The notes beneath the pieces were generated by a model, which made no database searches, was not told the DNA's origin, and was given only the letters and a program-made list of their open reading frames with translations. This document shows positions 12,540 to 25,176 of a stretch of DNA of 64,000 nt, in pieces; the stretch's first letter is position 1; the number at the start of each line of letters is the position of its first letter. This DNA is from Eledone cirrhosa (taxonomy: Eukaryota), in the NCBI GenBank assembly GCA_964016885.1, contig OZ024741.1:173352001-173416000 (forward strand), written 5' to 3'. Both the position numbers and the translations under genes were made by a program.

Positions 12540-13220
12540 TTTGTCAGCATATTTTTAGAAGAGTTTCTATATCAACATAATGTGTATCTAGGAATACCAT
12601 TTTCCAAAAATACAAATGAAAATTATGAATTTGGAGAAACCCAGCTGGGCATCACTCCTAAATTGACTACATCATTTATTGGAAACGATGAAGGAACAGC
12701 ATTCATGATTGTCAGATACACACTTTCTTTCTAGTTGTAGGGGGAGATCACAACTTTATCACCAGAAGAGCCAGTAAGAAACAACTTTACTAGAAGGTGC
12801 TAAGGGAAGATGCAAACTTTGCATTTGAAAAAATTTGATGACTTCACTGCTGATAAATTTGAATCCTTGCCAGCTGAAGAGAAAAATTATACTTCATTTA
12901 TATCCATCTGTAATGAAGTGGGTAAGGAAAACTTATCAAGATGTCCACTGTGGAAAGTACAATGGCTACAGTTATAATTCACAACCTCAAATCTACAATT
13001 TTTAAAGTACAGCATCACCAGAAAATTCAGCACTCAACTTTAAACCATCTGGAAGATGAAAGAATCAACCAACTTTCTGATAAGAAGACAAATGTGGTAT
13101 ATATCCAAGGGTATGACCACCTTGCAACTTGGAAGGAACACTTTCACAAACTCCTATCAGCAGATAATCCATGTGACCCAGATGTAGTGATTAATATTAG
13201 TACCAGTACTAATACCTAAT
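12540..13220 (+). mobile_element. old LINE endonuclease/linker remnant
   Basis: degenerate (Q/K)LDYI-like and WKEHFHKLL motifs typical of the LINE ORF2 N-terminal half. Confidence 0.5.
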
Positions 13221-13611
13221 ACTTTTGAACAGGCCTTTTATATATGCAAGGTTGCAACTGATATTTTCATCACAATGCAAAATTGTGAGCAAACCAGTGA
13301 GAACATTTTTATATGATTACATGACTTTGAGAAATAGCAATAAAATCTCCCTTCACAGCCATGAAAAGAGAGGTACACTTTGGATAATGTAGTCCTAGAT
13401 ATGCAGTGGTAAAGAGAAGGATAGGGTGGTCCTGGTTGGAATAACTTTGTATGTCTAGTCAGGGCTGACCTTGAGCTAAAATAGAACAACAATAACAACA
13501 CTGTTCATAAGGGTGTCTCTGTGGCCATTCTACCTACAAGAAATAGCAGCCAAATCTCTCTCAAATCACACTCTACCATATTAAAAAAGGACACATTAAA
13601 TAATGGGTTCT

Positions 13612-13805
13612 TATATAGGCACAAGGCCAGCTATTTTAGGGGATGGGAAGTCGATTAAATCGACCCCAGTGCGTGACTGGTACTTTATTTTATCGACCCC
13701 GTAAGGATGAAAGGCAAAGTTAACCTCGGCGGGATTTGAACTCAGATCACAAAGGGCCATAACTCTATGCTGCAAAGCATGGCGTCTCACCCTCTACCAA
13801 TACTG
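13612..13805 (-). mobile_element. Nin-like SINE
   Basis: reverse-complement match to the 2982 SINE. Confidence 0.8.
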
Positions 13806-14729
13806 AATAGTGCAATTGAAGATACATTCTACCCAAGTACATAATGGAATAGCCATAGCTGGAACTCTATTGATCATGTATCTACTCAATGTGGGTTGAA
13901 GGGGTTAAACATATGTACACAACACTACCATTAGTAGTGCTGCCAAAGCCTCTGCTCCAATTTTTACTGTTATTACTATAGTTGTAGTTAATAGATAGCA
14001 ACAAAACCAGCATTCCTTGTCATTTTGTTATACTCTTAATCTTGAAAGGAAGGCTAACATCAACGACCCTATATTTTGTTCAGGACTTCTGATACTGGTA
14101 GGATAAAGTTGTCTTCAAATCAGACACCCCACCAAAATACTTTCAACAGAGTGAACTCCACTAAAATTACACATGCACCGGGTTGTGGTCTTAAACTGAG
14201 CAACAGATTAAGTTTACTACCTAAAAAGTCAGAACAAATACTGCTAGGCATCTAATGCACCAATGCTCTAACAATTCTGACAATGCAACATATTAGACTG
14301 GTACTTTATTTTATCATGCAAAGTTAACCTAAGTAGGTTTTGTGCTGGAACAAATATCATGAGGCATTCTTCCCACATTGCCACTTTGCAGCATTTTGTT
14401 TCCTGGTTACTTTCTATTTCTTCAATGTATTTTCACCAATGTAAGTTCATATGTTTAACATTCAAAAGATGTTGCTTTAACATCTATATTTTCTTATCAT
14501 AGTAACTTGATTCTTCAATCTGTTTTCTCAATAATAATTATCATTGAAATGAATAAGTTAGACATAATTTATACATTATTATTTCTTTACTGTTAAACAC
14601 AAGATCATCTACTAATATATAATGCTCTTGTGTTTTTGTACGTCACGCAAAGGGAGTATCTCATCTATGTTTCAGTATATAAATATAAATACATACATAT
14701 ACATAAACATATACATTATACAAAATAAT

Positions 14730-14914
14730 TGTTTCTACTTTAGGCACAAGGCCAGCAATTACCCAGTGCATTACTGGTACTTTATTTTATCGACCCCGTA
14801 AGGATGAAAGGCAAAGTCAACCTCGGCGGGATTTGAACTCAGATCGTAAAGGGACGTAACTATGCTGGAAAGCATGGCGTCCGACCCTCTACCGATACTG
14901 CCAATCCACCGCCC
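14730..14914 (-). mobile_element. young Nin-like SINE with 14-bp TSD
   Basis: TSD TTATACAAAATAAT at 14716-14729 and 14915-14928. Confidence 0.9.
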
Positions 14915-15321
14915 TTATACAAAATAATGATTACATACCCACACATCTATGTGATGAGTGTGGAAGCAAGGGGGCTGTGACAAACTATAGAAAACAGAGA
15001 ATAGTGTTCACTACACCTGTGTTTCTCATACATATGCACACACACATACTCACATACACGTGTGTGCATGTAATAATTATTTTCTCTGAGTCTGTTTATG
15101 TGTATGTTTGTGTAGATCTGTGCATATTTAATAATTATTTTTAACTAGCATGCTTAGATTGGCTACACTTTTGTGAGTGTATGTGTGTCCCTAGTAATAT
15201 TGAAATAAATCAGAATTATCAAGAATATAAAACAACCGCAGTTGAAAGCTATATAAAAATACACATCTACCTATTAGCCATCATTTTTGACAGCATGGGG
15301 CCAGCTAGTATATATAATAAT

Positions 15322-15508
15322 TGTTTCTAGTTTTGGCACAAGGCCAGCAATTACCCTAGTGTATTACTGGTACTTTATTTTATCGACCCTGTAAGGATGA
15401 AAGGCAAAGTTAACTTCAGCGGGAATTGAACTCAGATCATAAAGGGAGGTAACTCTATGCTTGAAAGCCTGGCGTCCGACCCTCAACCGATACTACCAAT
15501 CCACCGCC
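15322..15508 (-). mobile_element. Nin-like SINE with 17-bp TSD
   Basis: TSD CTAGTATATATAATAAT at 15305-15321 and 15509-15525. Confidence 0.9.
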
Positions 15509-15623
15509 CTAGTATATATAATAATGGTTTCTAAATCAAGCACATGATCCTACATTATTGGTGCATGTGTACTCAGGTAAATTTCTGATAGTACTTTTAT
15601 CAATCCTAGAAGAAATTATCTAG

Positions 15624-15880
15624 CTATCTGATAGCTTGCCCATTTGTATTTACATGTGCTCTCCAAAGATCTCTATCCACCTTCAGCATTCTGAGTTCTC
15701 CTGCACGATCCACTCTGGTAATTTTCAGTTGGCTATCAATGTAATTTCTTTTCCTTCTACCACTGTTTCTGTATCCATCAAATGGTTCCCACAGAATAAG
15801 ATCACTTGTTATCTCCTTATGATGACAAACACAGTGACCTGCAAATCTCATTCTCTTTTGCCATATCTTTTCTGTTACTG
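15624..15880 (-). mobile_element. RTE LINE 3' ORF remnant
   Basis: RFAGHC..LILWEP..GRR..DRDLWR, typical RTE ORF2 C-terminus. Confidence 0.75.
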
Positions 15881-16050
15881 GTAGAAAGTGCTGATCAATT
15901 GACAGGATTTAGACTTGGAATGTAAAAGCAAATCACTAAATATTGCAAAGCATTTTCTTTAATACTGCCTTTTGTATGAGGGAGGGGGGTGTTGAAAAAT
16001 TTGTGAGAGTGTGTTTAGCTGAGAACTTTTCAGCAACCTCTCATAACAAC

Positions 16051-16237
16051 AATAATTGTTTCTACTTTAGGCACAAGGCCAGCAATTACCCAGTACATTA
16101 CTGGTACTTTATTTTATCGACCCCATAAGGATGAAAGGCAAAGTCAACCTCGGCGGGATTTGAACTCAGATCGTAAAGGGACGTAACTATGCTGGAAAGC
16201 ATGGCGTCCGACCCTCTACCGATACTGCCAATCCACT
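16051..16237 (-). mobile_element. Nin-like SINE
   Basis: near-identical to the 14730 copy; a partial copy also lies at 16444-16550. Confidence 0.85.
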
Positions 16238-19200
16238 AGCTTTATTACAAAGTTAGGGATTCTAGGAAAGAAGTACAGTGCCTGATGAGAGAGGTGGAGA
16301 TTGGTAAGCAAGTTGACATTGGCCTACAATTTTGATGTGTGTGCAGATATCTATGAAAACAAGGAAATATACTAATTATTTGTTATTTGGTTTTATGATG
16401 AAGAAGCTCATTTTGTTTACGTTTTGTGACAAAATACAAACAAATAATTGTTTCTACTTTTGGCACAAGGCCAGAAATTACCCCAGTGAATTACTGGTAC
16501 TTTATTTTATCGACCCCGTAAGGATGAAAGGCAAAGTTAACCTCGGCAGGATTGGCATCAGCAAAATTATGGAGACAAATGAAAACAGACTTATACAGAT
16601 GTTCTAAACACCCTAACAGACTGGATTTTGCATCAGATATGCAGATTCAATTATCAAATCTTAAACCAACTTTTCAGAGGATTCTGGAGTTCAAGAAGTT
16701 GCAACATTCTTCGTAATTTTTTTCCCCAACAATTAAAATTTTATAACAATGTAAAACAGAGTTGTTTCTTTTTAAATTTCAATCTGTAGAATTACATGTA
16801 AATTTCAATTAGATTATAGATTGCAGACATGATAAATTTTCACTCAGTGTCCTCTGTAAAGCAGTAGTGCTGGAGCCACAACAAAAGCACTCAGTTCACC
16901 CTATAAAGTGGTAGTGCCAGAGTGATGATAAAATGTTCCTAGTACATGCTGTAAAGTGGTTGGGGTTAGATAGAGCATCCAGCTGTAGAAACCATGCTCC
17001 CAGTACATTCTGTAAAAGGGTTGGCATTAGGAAGGCCATCCTCCCATATAAATCATGCTCCCAGTATATGCTGTAGAATGGTTGGCACTTGGAAGAGCAT
17101 CTAGCATCACAAATGAAGCCAAAACTAGAACATGATCAAGACATAGCCACCTGACTTGTCTAGTCTCATAATGTGACAACTTATCTAACCTATGCAAGCA
17201 TGGAAAATAGTTAAATGGTGATGGTGATGATTACAGTTAAGTAAATGGATAATAATAATAAAAATAAGTAAGAAAAAAGGCATGTGCACTCCATCAATTC
17301 TACACTACAGCATGAAATACTGGCATTGCCCACTAAAACCTTTTGAGGCAACCTAAAACACTCTCAGCCTTAGCATAACTGAGGCAGTGAAACATATGCA
17401 AGCACCCACATGAGCATCACCTGATATTTCAGGAAGACGAGACCATTTATGGATAGTAAAAGTTAAAGAAATAGATAGATTTATGTATGTGTGAGAAAGG
17501 AATATGAAGCATCATATATTTTTTCATAAATATTACCATTTTTATTTTGTTATTTTTTTTTGTAAAAAAGTGCTGTGTTATTAAAATTTAAAGAGGAAAT
17601 GTTACTGAAAATAAGGGGAATAAGTGACTTAAACAATATGCTGTATCAAGAAGCAAACTTATAGATCAGTGTTTCCCAAAAAGAATTACACAAAAAAATT
17701 CTGAAGTTACAGCCATTTAAGATCTGAGTTCAAATCACATTAAGTTCAATTTTAGTTTTCATCCCCTTGTGGCCAATAAAATAAAACTCCAATCAAGGCG
17801 TGGGCTAGTTTAACTGACTATATCCATCTTCCAAATGTGAGGCTTTGTGCCTATGTCAGTTTTATAAAATAAATGAAATAAACTGAAATAGTTTATTAAT
17901 TCAACCCATTTGTCCAAAGAATAATATATAGATATTGGCAGCAGAAGAATAAAAAAAAAACTATTTATTATACACAAGTATAATAATATTGTCAATTGAG
18001 GTAATTTTGCATTTAACATAAGAGAAACAGTTGAGAATGTGAAGTTGAATGCTTATAATTATACATACCTGGTAGAAAATAGGCAAACTAAAATAACCAG
18101 AACAATCACAAATGAAAACAAAGAAGACCCACTAGATATCTACATATAGTTCAATTGTTTCCATTAACAGAATATGACAACTAAATCACAACACACTTTT
18201 AGAAATGGAGTGATTATAGCCCAAGGAGAAGCATTTGGAAAAATAGGAACACTTTATCTAATGCATGAAAGGGGTTCATTTCAAACAAAAGACTTTCAGA
18301 AGCAACAAGGAGTTCAAAACAACACAAACACCAGCAAAAATAATTAAAATTCAATTGAGATTTCTGGCTACACTTTAATAAATACAGCAGTCAGAAAAAT
18401 TATATAGAACCCCACAAATTAAATATGATATTATTGAATCACCAATCACAATATAATACAACAGTGTAGAAAGTTAGAACTATGGATAACCCAATCAACC
18501 GTCACTGGTATTTTCAGTTGCCTGCAGCAAATCCAGAGAGAAGTACATTGCCCTCCTGAAAGAAACTAACCAGGCAGAGTGAAGTTATATTCATATAAGG
18601 AATTGTGACTTAGTCCTTTCATTATCATATTTCTAGCTTTGTCATTGTACTGTGACCTCTTAGTGCTTATTTACAGCTGGGAAGACCAAATCATTGTGAA
18701 TTGGGTGATTTTGTTATATATGAATTTCATGTGGACATATCATTGTGAATCTAAACTATAATAAAGTAAGAAATGCGGGACTGCGTATGGTTTATAATTT
18801 TTTATCCCATTAGTAAAATAAGTTGGATTACTTTGAATAAATAATGAATGAATATTACATAATTTATCTACTAAATTTCGTGGCTGTTCATTAAATATAT
18901 TTTATTATTTATTTAAAGATTCACTTCTTTAAAATTTTCAAATGTCAACACTTCCGGTGCTCCACATGCCACTGAAGGGTGGTTTTTCTGCCAGTTTTTT
19001 TTAATAAACTAAAGACTTTAATTTCTAATGTGATGCATTCATAGTGAGGTTTGTAACTTTTCAAGAATTCCTTACTAATTCAGTTTCATGTCGTACAGGA
19101 CATTAAGAGTTAAAACAAACAGTTATGTATCATAGAAGCAAGGGCTGTTTTAGGCGTTTTGGTATAAAAAGAGTTAGTATTAAAAACCTACAAAGCACCT

Positions 19201-19320
19201 GTTGCCTACCTTCTACTGCAGGTAACTTTGGGTCAGTCCATACTTGTAAATGAAATTGGTTAAACAGAAACTGTGTGGAAACGTATTGAATGGATTGTAC
19301 TTGTAATTTAAAGGCCCGGC

Positions 19321-19464
19321 CAGTGCTGGATTTAGAACAAATGAGGCCCTGTCATATAAGGCCCTGAAGGAGGTAAAAAAAAATTTGCCAGGAAGATGGG
19401 CTCCCTCTGGTCAACGAGGGCCTTTGCTTAAGCATACCTAAGCACAATGGTAAATCCAGCACTG
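19321..19464. mobile_element. small MITE (hAT-like CAG termini)
   Basis: TIR CAGTGCTGGATTTA/TAAATCCAGCACTG; related copy in the opposite orientation at ~43174-43333; no clear TSD. Confidence 0.6.
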
Positions 19465-19879
19465 GATCCACTTTGTCATGGTACTGTGACCTTTTAGTGC
19501 TTATTTACAGCTGGGCAGACCAAATCATTGAGAATTGGGTGATTTTGTTATATACAAGATTCAAATAATAAATTCTGAGAGTGATAGTCCAGAACAATAT
19601 TGTCTGTACCAGCTGTGACTTTCCAACAAAAAAAGTTTTAAACAATGAAGTGAAATAAAACTAATCAGGGATCAAAGATAAAACAATGAACAATGAAACA
19701 CATTGAGAAAATATTTTATATTGATTATTTGGGGAATAAGAAAGAGTGTGAGATTGATGGGCTTCATATTTAATTTGAACAGCTGTTAGAAAAATGTGTG
19801 TGAGGAGGGAGTGAGAGAATGAATAAGAGATGGGGAAAGAGAACAGGAGAGAGAGAAAAAGTAAATTCTATTATATTAC

Positions 19880-20500
19880 AACTTTGGAGAAGAAGAATTT
19901 GGATGTCTTTGGTCGAAACTGGATTTTGAGGATGATTGTCTTGATGAAGCTTGTCTTCTTAGTACCAATATAGTGGGCTGGTTATTATTACATTATCATA
20001 TATCTTTGGGAAGATTAAATTTGGTTTAGATTATGTCTTGGTTATGAGTTTTAGATTTTTTTGATTAGACATAAATTATTTGATGGTGGACATTTTTTTA
20101 TTATGTTAAAAGTTGTGTTTTGTCGGTGAGTAAAAATATTTGTGTGGTGGGTGTTGGTTGGTTTAAGTTTGTGGTATTCGTTTACTATTATTCTGTTGTT
20201 GGGTGGGGTTATGAGAGAACATTTTATATATATTTTATAGTATTATGCCACTGATACTATGTGGACTGAGATCCTCATTGAAAGGTCTCTGGTACAAAGG
20301 GTTTCTCTCTTGATATGATTAGTTTGGTGTAGTGTTAGTATAGCTAAGATATTAATTGAGTGAAGGGTAGAATGGCTTTCCTTTTTTTAAAGATATATTT
20401 AATATAGGTATAATATGTTTTATTGTAGAAAGAATAATATATTGTCTGCATTAATTTTTATTTTGTCTGCACTATTCAGTTTGTTAATGTGGGTATGGTA
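19880..20500 (-). mobile_element. possible highly decayed Penelope-like ORF remnant
   Basis: minus strand reads HYIGT (GIY-YIG-like) near 19960 with A/C-rich composition; many stops. Confidence 0.3.
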
Positions 20501-21621
20501 TATTGTTAAGGCGGTGAATTGGTAGAGCTGTTTGAATGTTGGATAGAATGCTTTACAGTATTTGTTCTGGCTCTCAACTCTCTGAGTTCAAATATCACTG
20601 AGATCAACTTTGCCATTCATCCATTCAAGGTCGATAAAAAAAGTATCAGTTTAGTACTGGAGTCAATTCTTCTTCTATATCTCTTGCTCACTTCCTTTCT
20701 CTTACTCTCTATCATTCTTTGGAAGAAATCTGCTATATTCAGACCTGGAGAGGAGATGGGATCAGCCAGGTTTTTTTTTAAATGCTATAGAAATGCTGTA
20801 TTTCAATATGGCACCCCTACAACTATACCATATTGTTAAATGGTTAAAGATAATTAATTAATTGTGTTAATCATCATATTTGTAGCTGAGTGTATTTCAT
20901 GTGGTGGGTAATGCTTAGTTTAGGTTTGTTTTATTTATTTACCTTTATTTTGATGTTGGGTGGTGCTAGAAGAGAAGTAATTTTATATATATTTAATGTA
21001 GATATAACTGCACTTTATAAGCTTCACATTGAAAATATAAGTATGAGAAGCATTCTATTACCTTCATCATATACAAAAAACATAAGAGATTACCTTTTAG
21101 TAAAAGTATGTATTTTTCTTAGTTACTAGTCCATTTTTTAAGATGAGGGGTTATAGACAAACTGACACCAGTATATTATTCTTTTATTGGTTACAGTCAA
21201 TGGACTGCACCCATGCTGGGGCATCACCTTCAAGGAATTTAATCAATTACACCAACACCTCTGTACATGGTTACTAGACTTGCAAGAAATATGAACAAAA
21301 TCTATCTGAAATCACATCATACTGTCTAAAAACTAAAAGCTAAAAAAGAAGAAAGGTTACATAAGATAATGCAGTATAAGATACCACTGAAAAGATGGGA
21401 TAGTCATTGTTGGAGTACCTTTGATTATAGGTTTGCTTTGTCATAGTTGACTTGAAGCTAAACAATAATAAATCATGGCTAGTTGTTATTTAAGTACAGG
21501 TGAAGAATTCAATGTTGAGGTGAAAAACAAAAAAACAAAGGTATATTTTCAATATATAAGTAATAATTAAACAAATAGCATGCTCCAAAAATACAAGTTA
21601 TTGTTGTATTTAAATATCAAT

Positions 21622-21812
21622 GGTGGATTGGCAGTATCGGTAGAGGGTCGGACGCCATGCTTTGCAGCATAGAGTTACGCTCCTTTATGATCTGAGTTCA
21701 AATCCCGTCGAGGTTAACTTTGCCTTTCATCCTTACGGGGTCGATAAAATAAAGTACCAGTAATACACTGGGATAATTTCTGGCCTTGTGCCAAAAGTAG
21801 AAACAAATATTA
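21622..21812 (+). mobile_element. Nin-like SINE
   Basis: full head-to-tail match to the family. Confidence 0.85.
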
Positions 21813-24103
21813 AAGAAATGGAAGGGATTAATTACTTATAGAAGGGCAAAGTAAACTCACTCACTTTCTTTTAAAATGTTTAGTCAAAGAGGGAAGCGCC
21901 ATAGCTATGATCTTTTTCAGGCCCTCCAAAACTGGTGAGAGGGAGAGAGGAAGATATCTTCAAACCACAGACCAGGACCAATTATTTGCAAACAAGATTG
22001 GACTCTACTAAAAGTAGGCTACTGTGGGATGTGAACTCAGAATATAAAGGGCCAGAACAAACACGGCAAGACATCTCATCTGACACTAATGTTTCTGTGA
22101 ATCCACTGTTCTGGACTGGTACTTTGCCTTGAAGTAGAGGACATTTTTAACTCACAATTTCACTTGTTGCATGTAGAGAAGATAAGGTGTGAAACTATTA
22201 CAAACTTTCTTTTCAACTTGGCTAAATCGTGCATTGAATGATTTTCTTTCTCATTCTCCCTCTCTCAATTGTTTTCCCTAGTTCCCCCACATTTTATTTA
22301 TCTGCTTTATGGAATCTATCATGAGATAATCGTCCATGCAAAATATTTTAAAAACTACGTGATTTGCTTTATATGGTGTGGTTACTCGGCTTCTAGCAAT
22401 GAAACAATTCAGTTTTTGACTATTTGCCTAATCATTATTCACTTTCCATTTATAACTTGCACATATGTTAAGAACATTATATATTCTATGTCCGAATACT
22501 TGAATTAAACACGATTGCATGTAAAGATGAACAAGAACAGTGCCAATATATAGATCTCTATGGAAAGTCTAGCACTTTCTTTTGTAGATTTATATACATT
22601 TTAAGTTACAAATGTCTATTAAAAAGAAAGGTATTTTATTTTCTAAACATTCTTTAGTCTTTTTTAAAAAATTTGCTCCAGGTAAAATAAAGTTGTCTTT
22701 TTAGAAGAATTGTCATTGTTCTGAAAGGAAAGAAAGAAATGACTTAAGAACTACTTAAAAGAATAGGTGTAGATTGGTAACACACATTAGTTAATGCATA
22801 CATACATACATACACACACACGTTTATAAATGATACTCACACATACACACATACACAGACTTATAAGTATTTTTTCAAGAATAGAGCTGTGTGTGTGTAT
22901 ATGTGTGTGCATGTGTGTGTGTGTATGTGTGTGACAGACCTCAGCCAGTTTTGACAATGAATATTCTTGTTATTTGATCATTGAAACAGCCTGCTCTTGA
23001 AATTAATGTGCAAGTGACACAATTCTCAGGAAGATTCAGTGTGACACAGTCTATGATAAGGTTAATCCTTTGGCTTATAGGTACAACTAATTTTTCTCAG
23101 CTGAGTGGATTAGAGCAATGTGAAATAAAGTGACTTCCCCAAGGACAGAATGCATCACCAGAAATCAAGCTCACAACCTTATAATCATAAACTGAACACC
23201 CTAACCACTAAGCCATGTACCTTCAGAGCAGAGTTGTAGTTAATAAAAGACAATATAGGAATGGAAATAGTTCTAAGCCATGACAAAGTAAGATCAGATA
23301 GAATGATGGTTACATTACCAAAGACCCCTTTTATTTAAATGAATAACTTCCACCTTTGCTTGCACCAGTCTCAAAGATCCTGAAAAAACATAAAGAGCTG
23401 CAAGCTCAGCAACCAAATGCTAAAAAATAAATACACAGTCCCTGGGTATGAACTGCCAATATTTTGGATGGTTATCCACTATCCTACACTTCCAGCCATT
23501 TATTCGCTTGCTCTCTTATTTGAAATATTGTGATAGTGAAAAACTTCAAAGCTACATTAGTTTGGCCTCAATCATTCACATACTAAACCCAACATCAAAT
23601 TTTTTTTTTAAATCCGTTTATGGAGCTATTTTGTTTATTTTCAGTTGGATACTTATTATTAAAGATTTTTGGATTTTTATTAAAAACTGAAAATCGCTTG
23701 AAATATAAGAGGCATATATTTTCTGCCCACCCCCACCCCAAAAAGGAAAAATAATCACCCCAAAATAAACAGGAATTGATCCTGGAAGTCTTTTGAAAGC
23801 TTGTTTGTTAATCTTGATCTAATATTATAGTTTGAAACCTTCTCTCGAGCAAATAAAGCTGAACCAAACTTTAATTTAATACAAAATTCAGTGTTAAAAT
23901 TGATATTATGAATTGGATCAAATTTTGCATTTACAGGAGAATTTGTTGAAGTATTAGCTCACAGCTTTCCCCACAATATATATTATATTTGGGTAAAAGA
24001 ACCAATGGAAAAGATTTTCTTTCTGGATGTCCAATCTGCTAGAAATAGATGCTATATGTCCCTTTAAGCACATATATTTGTTTGTCAATTAATAAAAGTA
24101 GTA

Positions 24104-24136
24104 TCATCATCATCATCATCACCATAAACATCCTCC

Positions 24137-24182
<46 letters not shown>

Positions 24183-24330
24183 CGTCATCAACCATCACCT
24201 CCATCAACCTCACCATCACAATCTCCATCACTGCCATCATCTTCAACATAATTATCACCATCATCACCATCACCTTCACCATCTACACCATCATTGCCAT
24301 CATCATCATCATTATCATCATCACCATCAT
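24104..24330. repeat. (CAT)n microsatellite
   Basis: degenerate CAT/CAC trinucleotide tract. Confidence 0.9.
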
Positions 24331-25176
24331 TAAATATTTACATAAATTAGACTAATCTTCTCCAGTACTCCAGCATCTCTCCACTTGTTTCTTTCCTTTA
24401 ACATCTCCTTTGTGAGGATCACCATCCTGAAGTCAGCTTTCACTACCTCTGCCTAGGTGTTTTTTTGTGTTTTTTTTCCAGAGCTCTCTTCTCCTTTGAA
24501 CTCCTGACAACTCTTCATCATAATCCAGTGCAGTCTTCTCTCCTATTTGCTACATCTGATTCCTCTTGTGCTCAGTTTTTCTTTCAGTTCAGCCACACTT
24601 CATTGTACAAACATTAACATTACACATTCAATAGAGCATGTTTGATTCTTTTCTCTCTGGTCTTTGCATATCCTCTGTATTCACCATCCATTTCTCTCTG
24701 CCATGGATCATTGCCACACATCTCAGACTGGTATCATGTACTGTTTTTTATTTATTCATTTTTTTAATAAATTTAGTTATTCTAAGTTCAAGTCCTGTTG
24801 AGGTCAACTTTGCCTTTCATCCTTCTGGGTTGATAAAATCAAGTACCAGTAAAGTACTGGGGTTGATATAATCAACTTTCTCTACCCACAAATAGATGAC
24901 CTTGTGCCTAAATTACAAATCAGTATTACCAGTCTTTCTATGGAAACTGCATCACAACGGTATGTCTATGTGTACACTACAACAGTTCTCACATCAGTAT
25001 GTCTGTGTGTCCATCACAACAGCCCCCATATTGCTATGTCTATGTGTACACTACAAGAACAATTTTCGTACTTGTGTTGTCTTTCAGTGGGGGAGAACAA
25101 GTTATATTTAACCCTTTAACATTTACATTACTCTATATTTACTATTGTGTTTTCATAGTAAAGGCTTTATCTTACA

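Noticed and set aside
23937-24067. Plus-strand exon-like segment (EFVEVLAHSFPHNIYYIW..)
   Set aside because: Acceptor is plausible but there is no homology or partner exon; the same holds for 53056-53133
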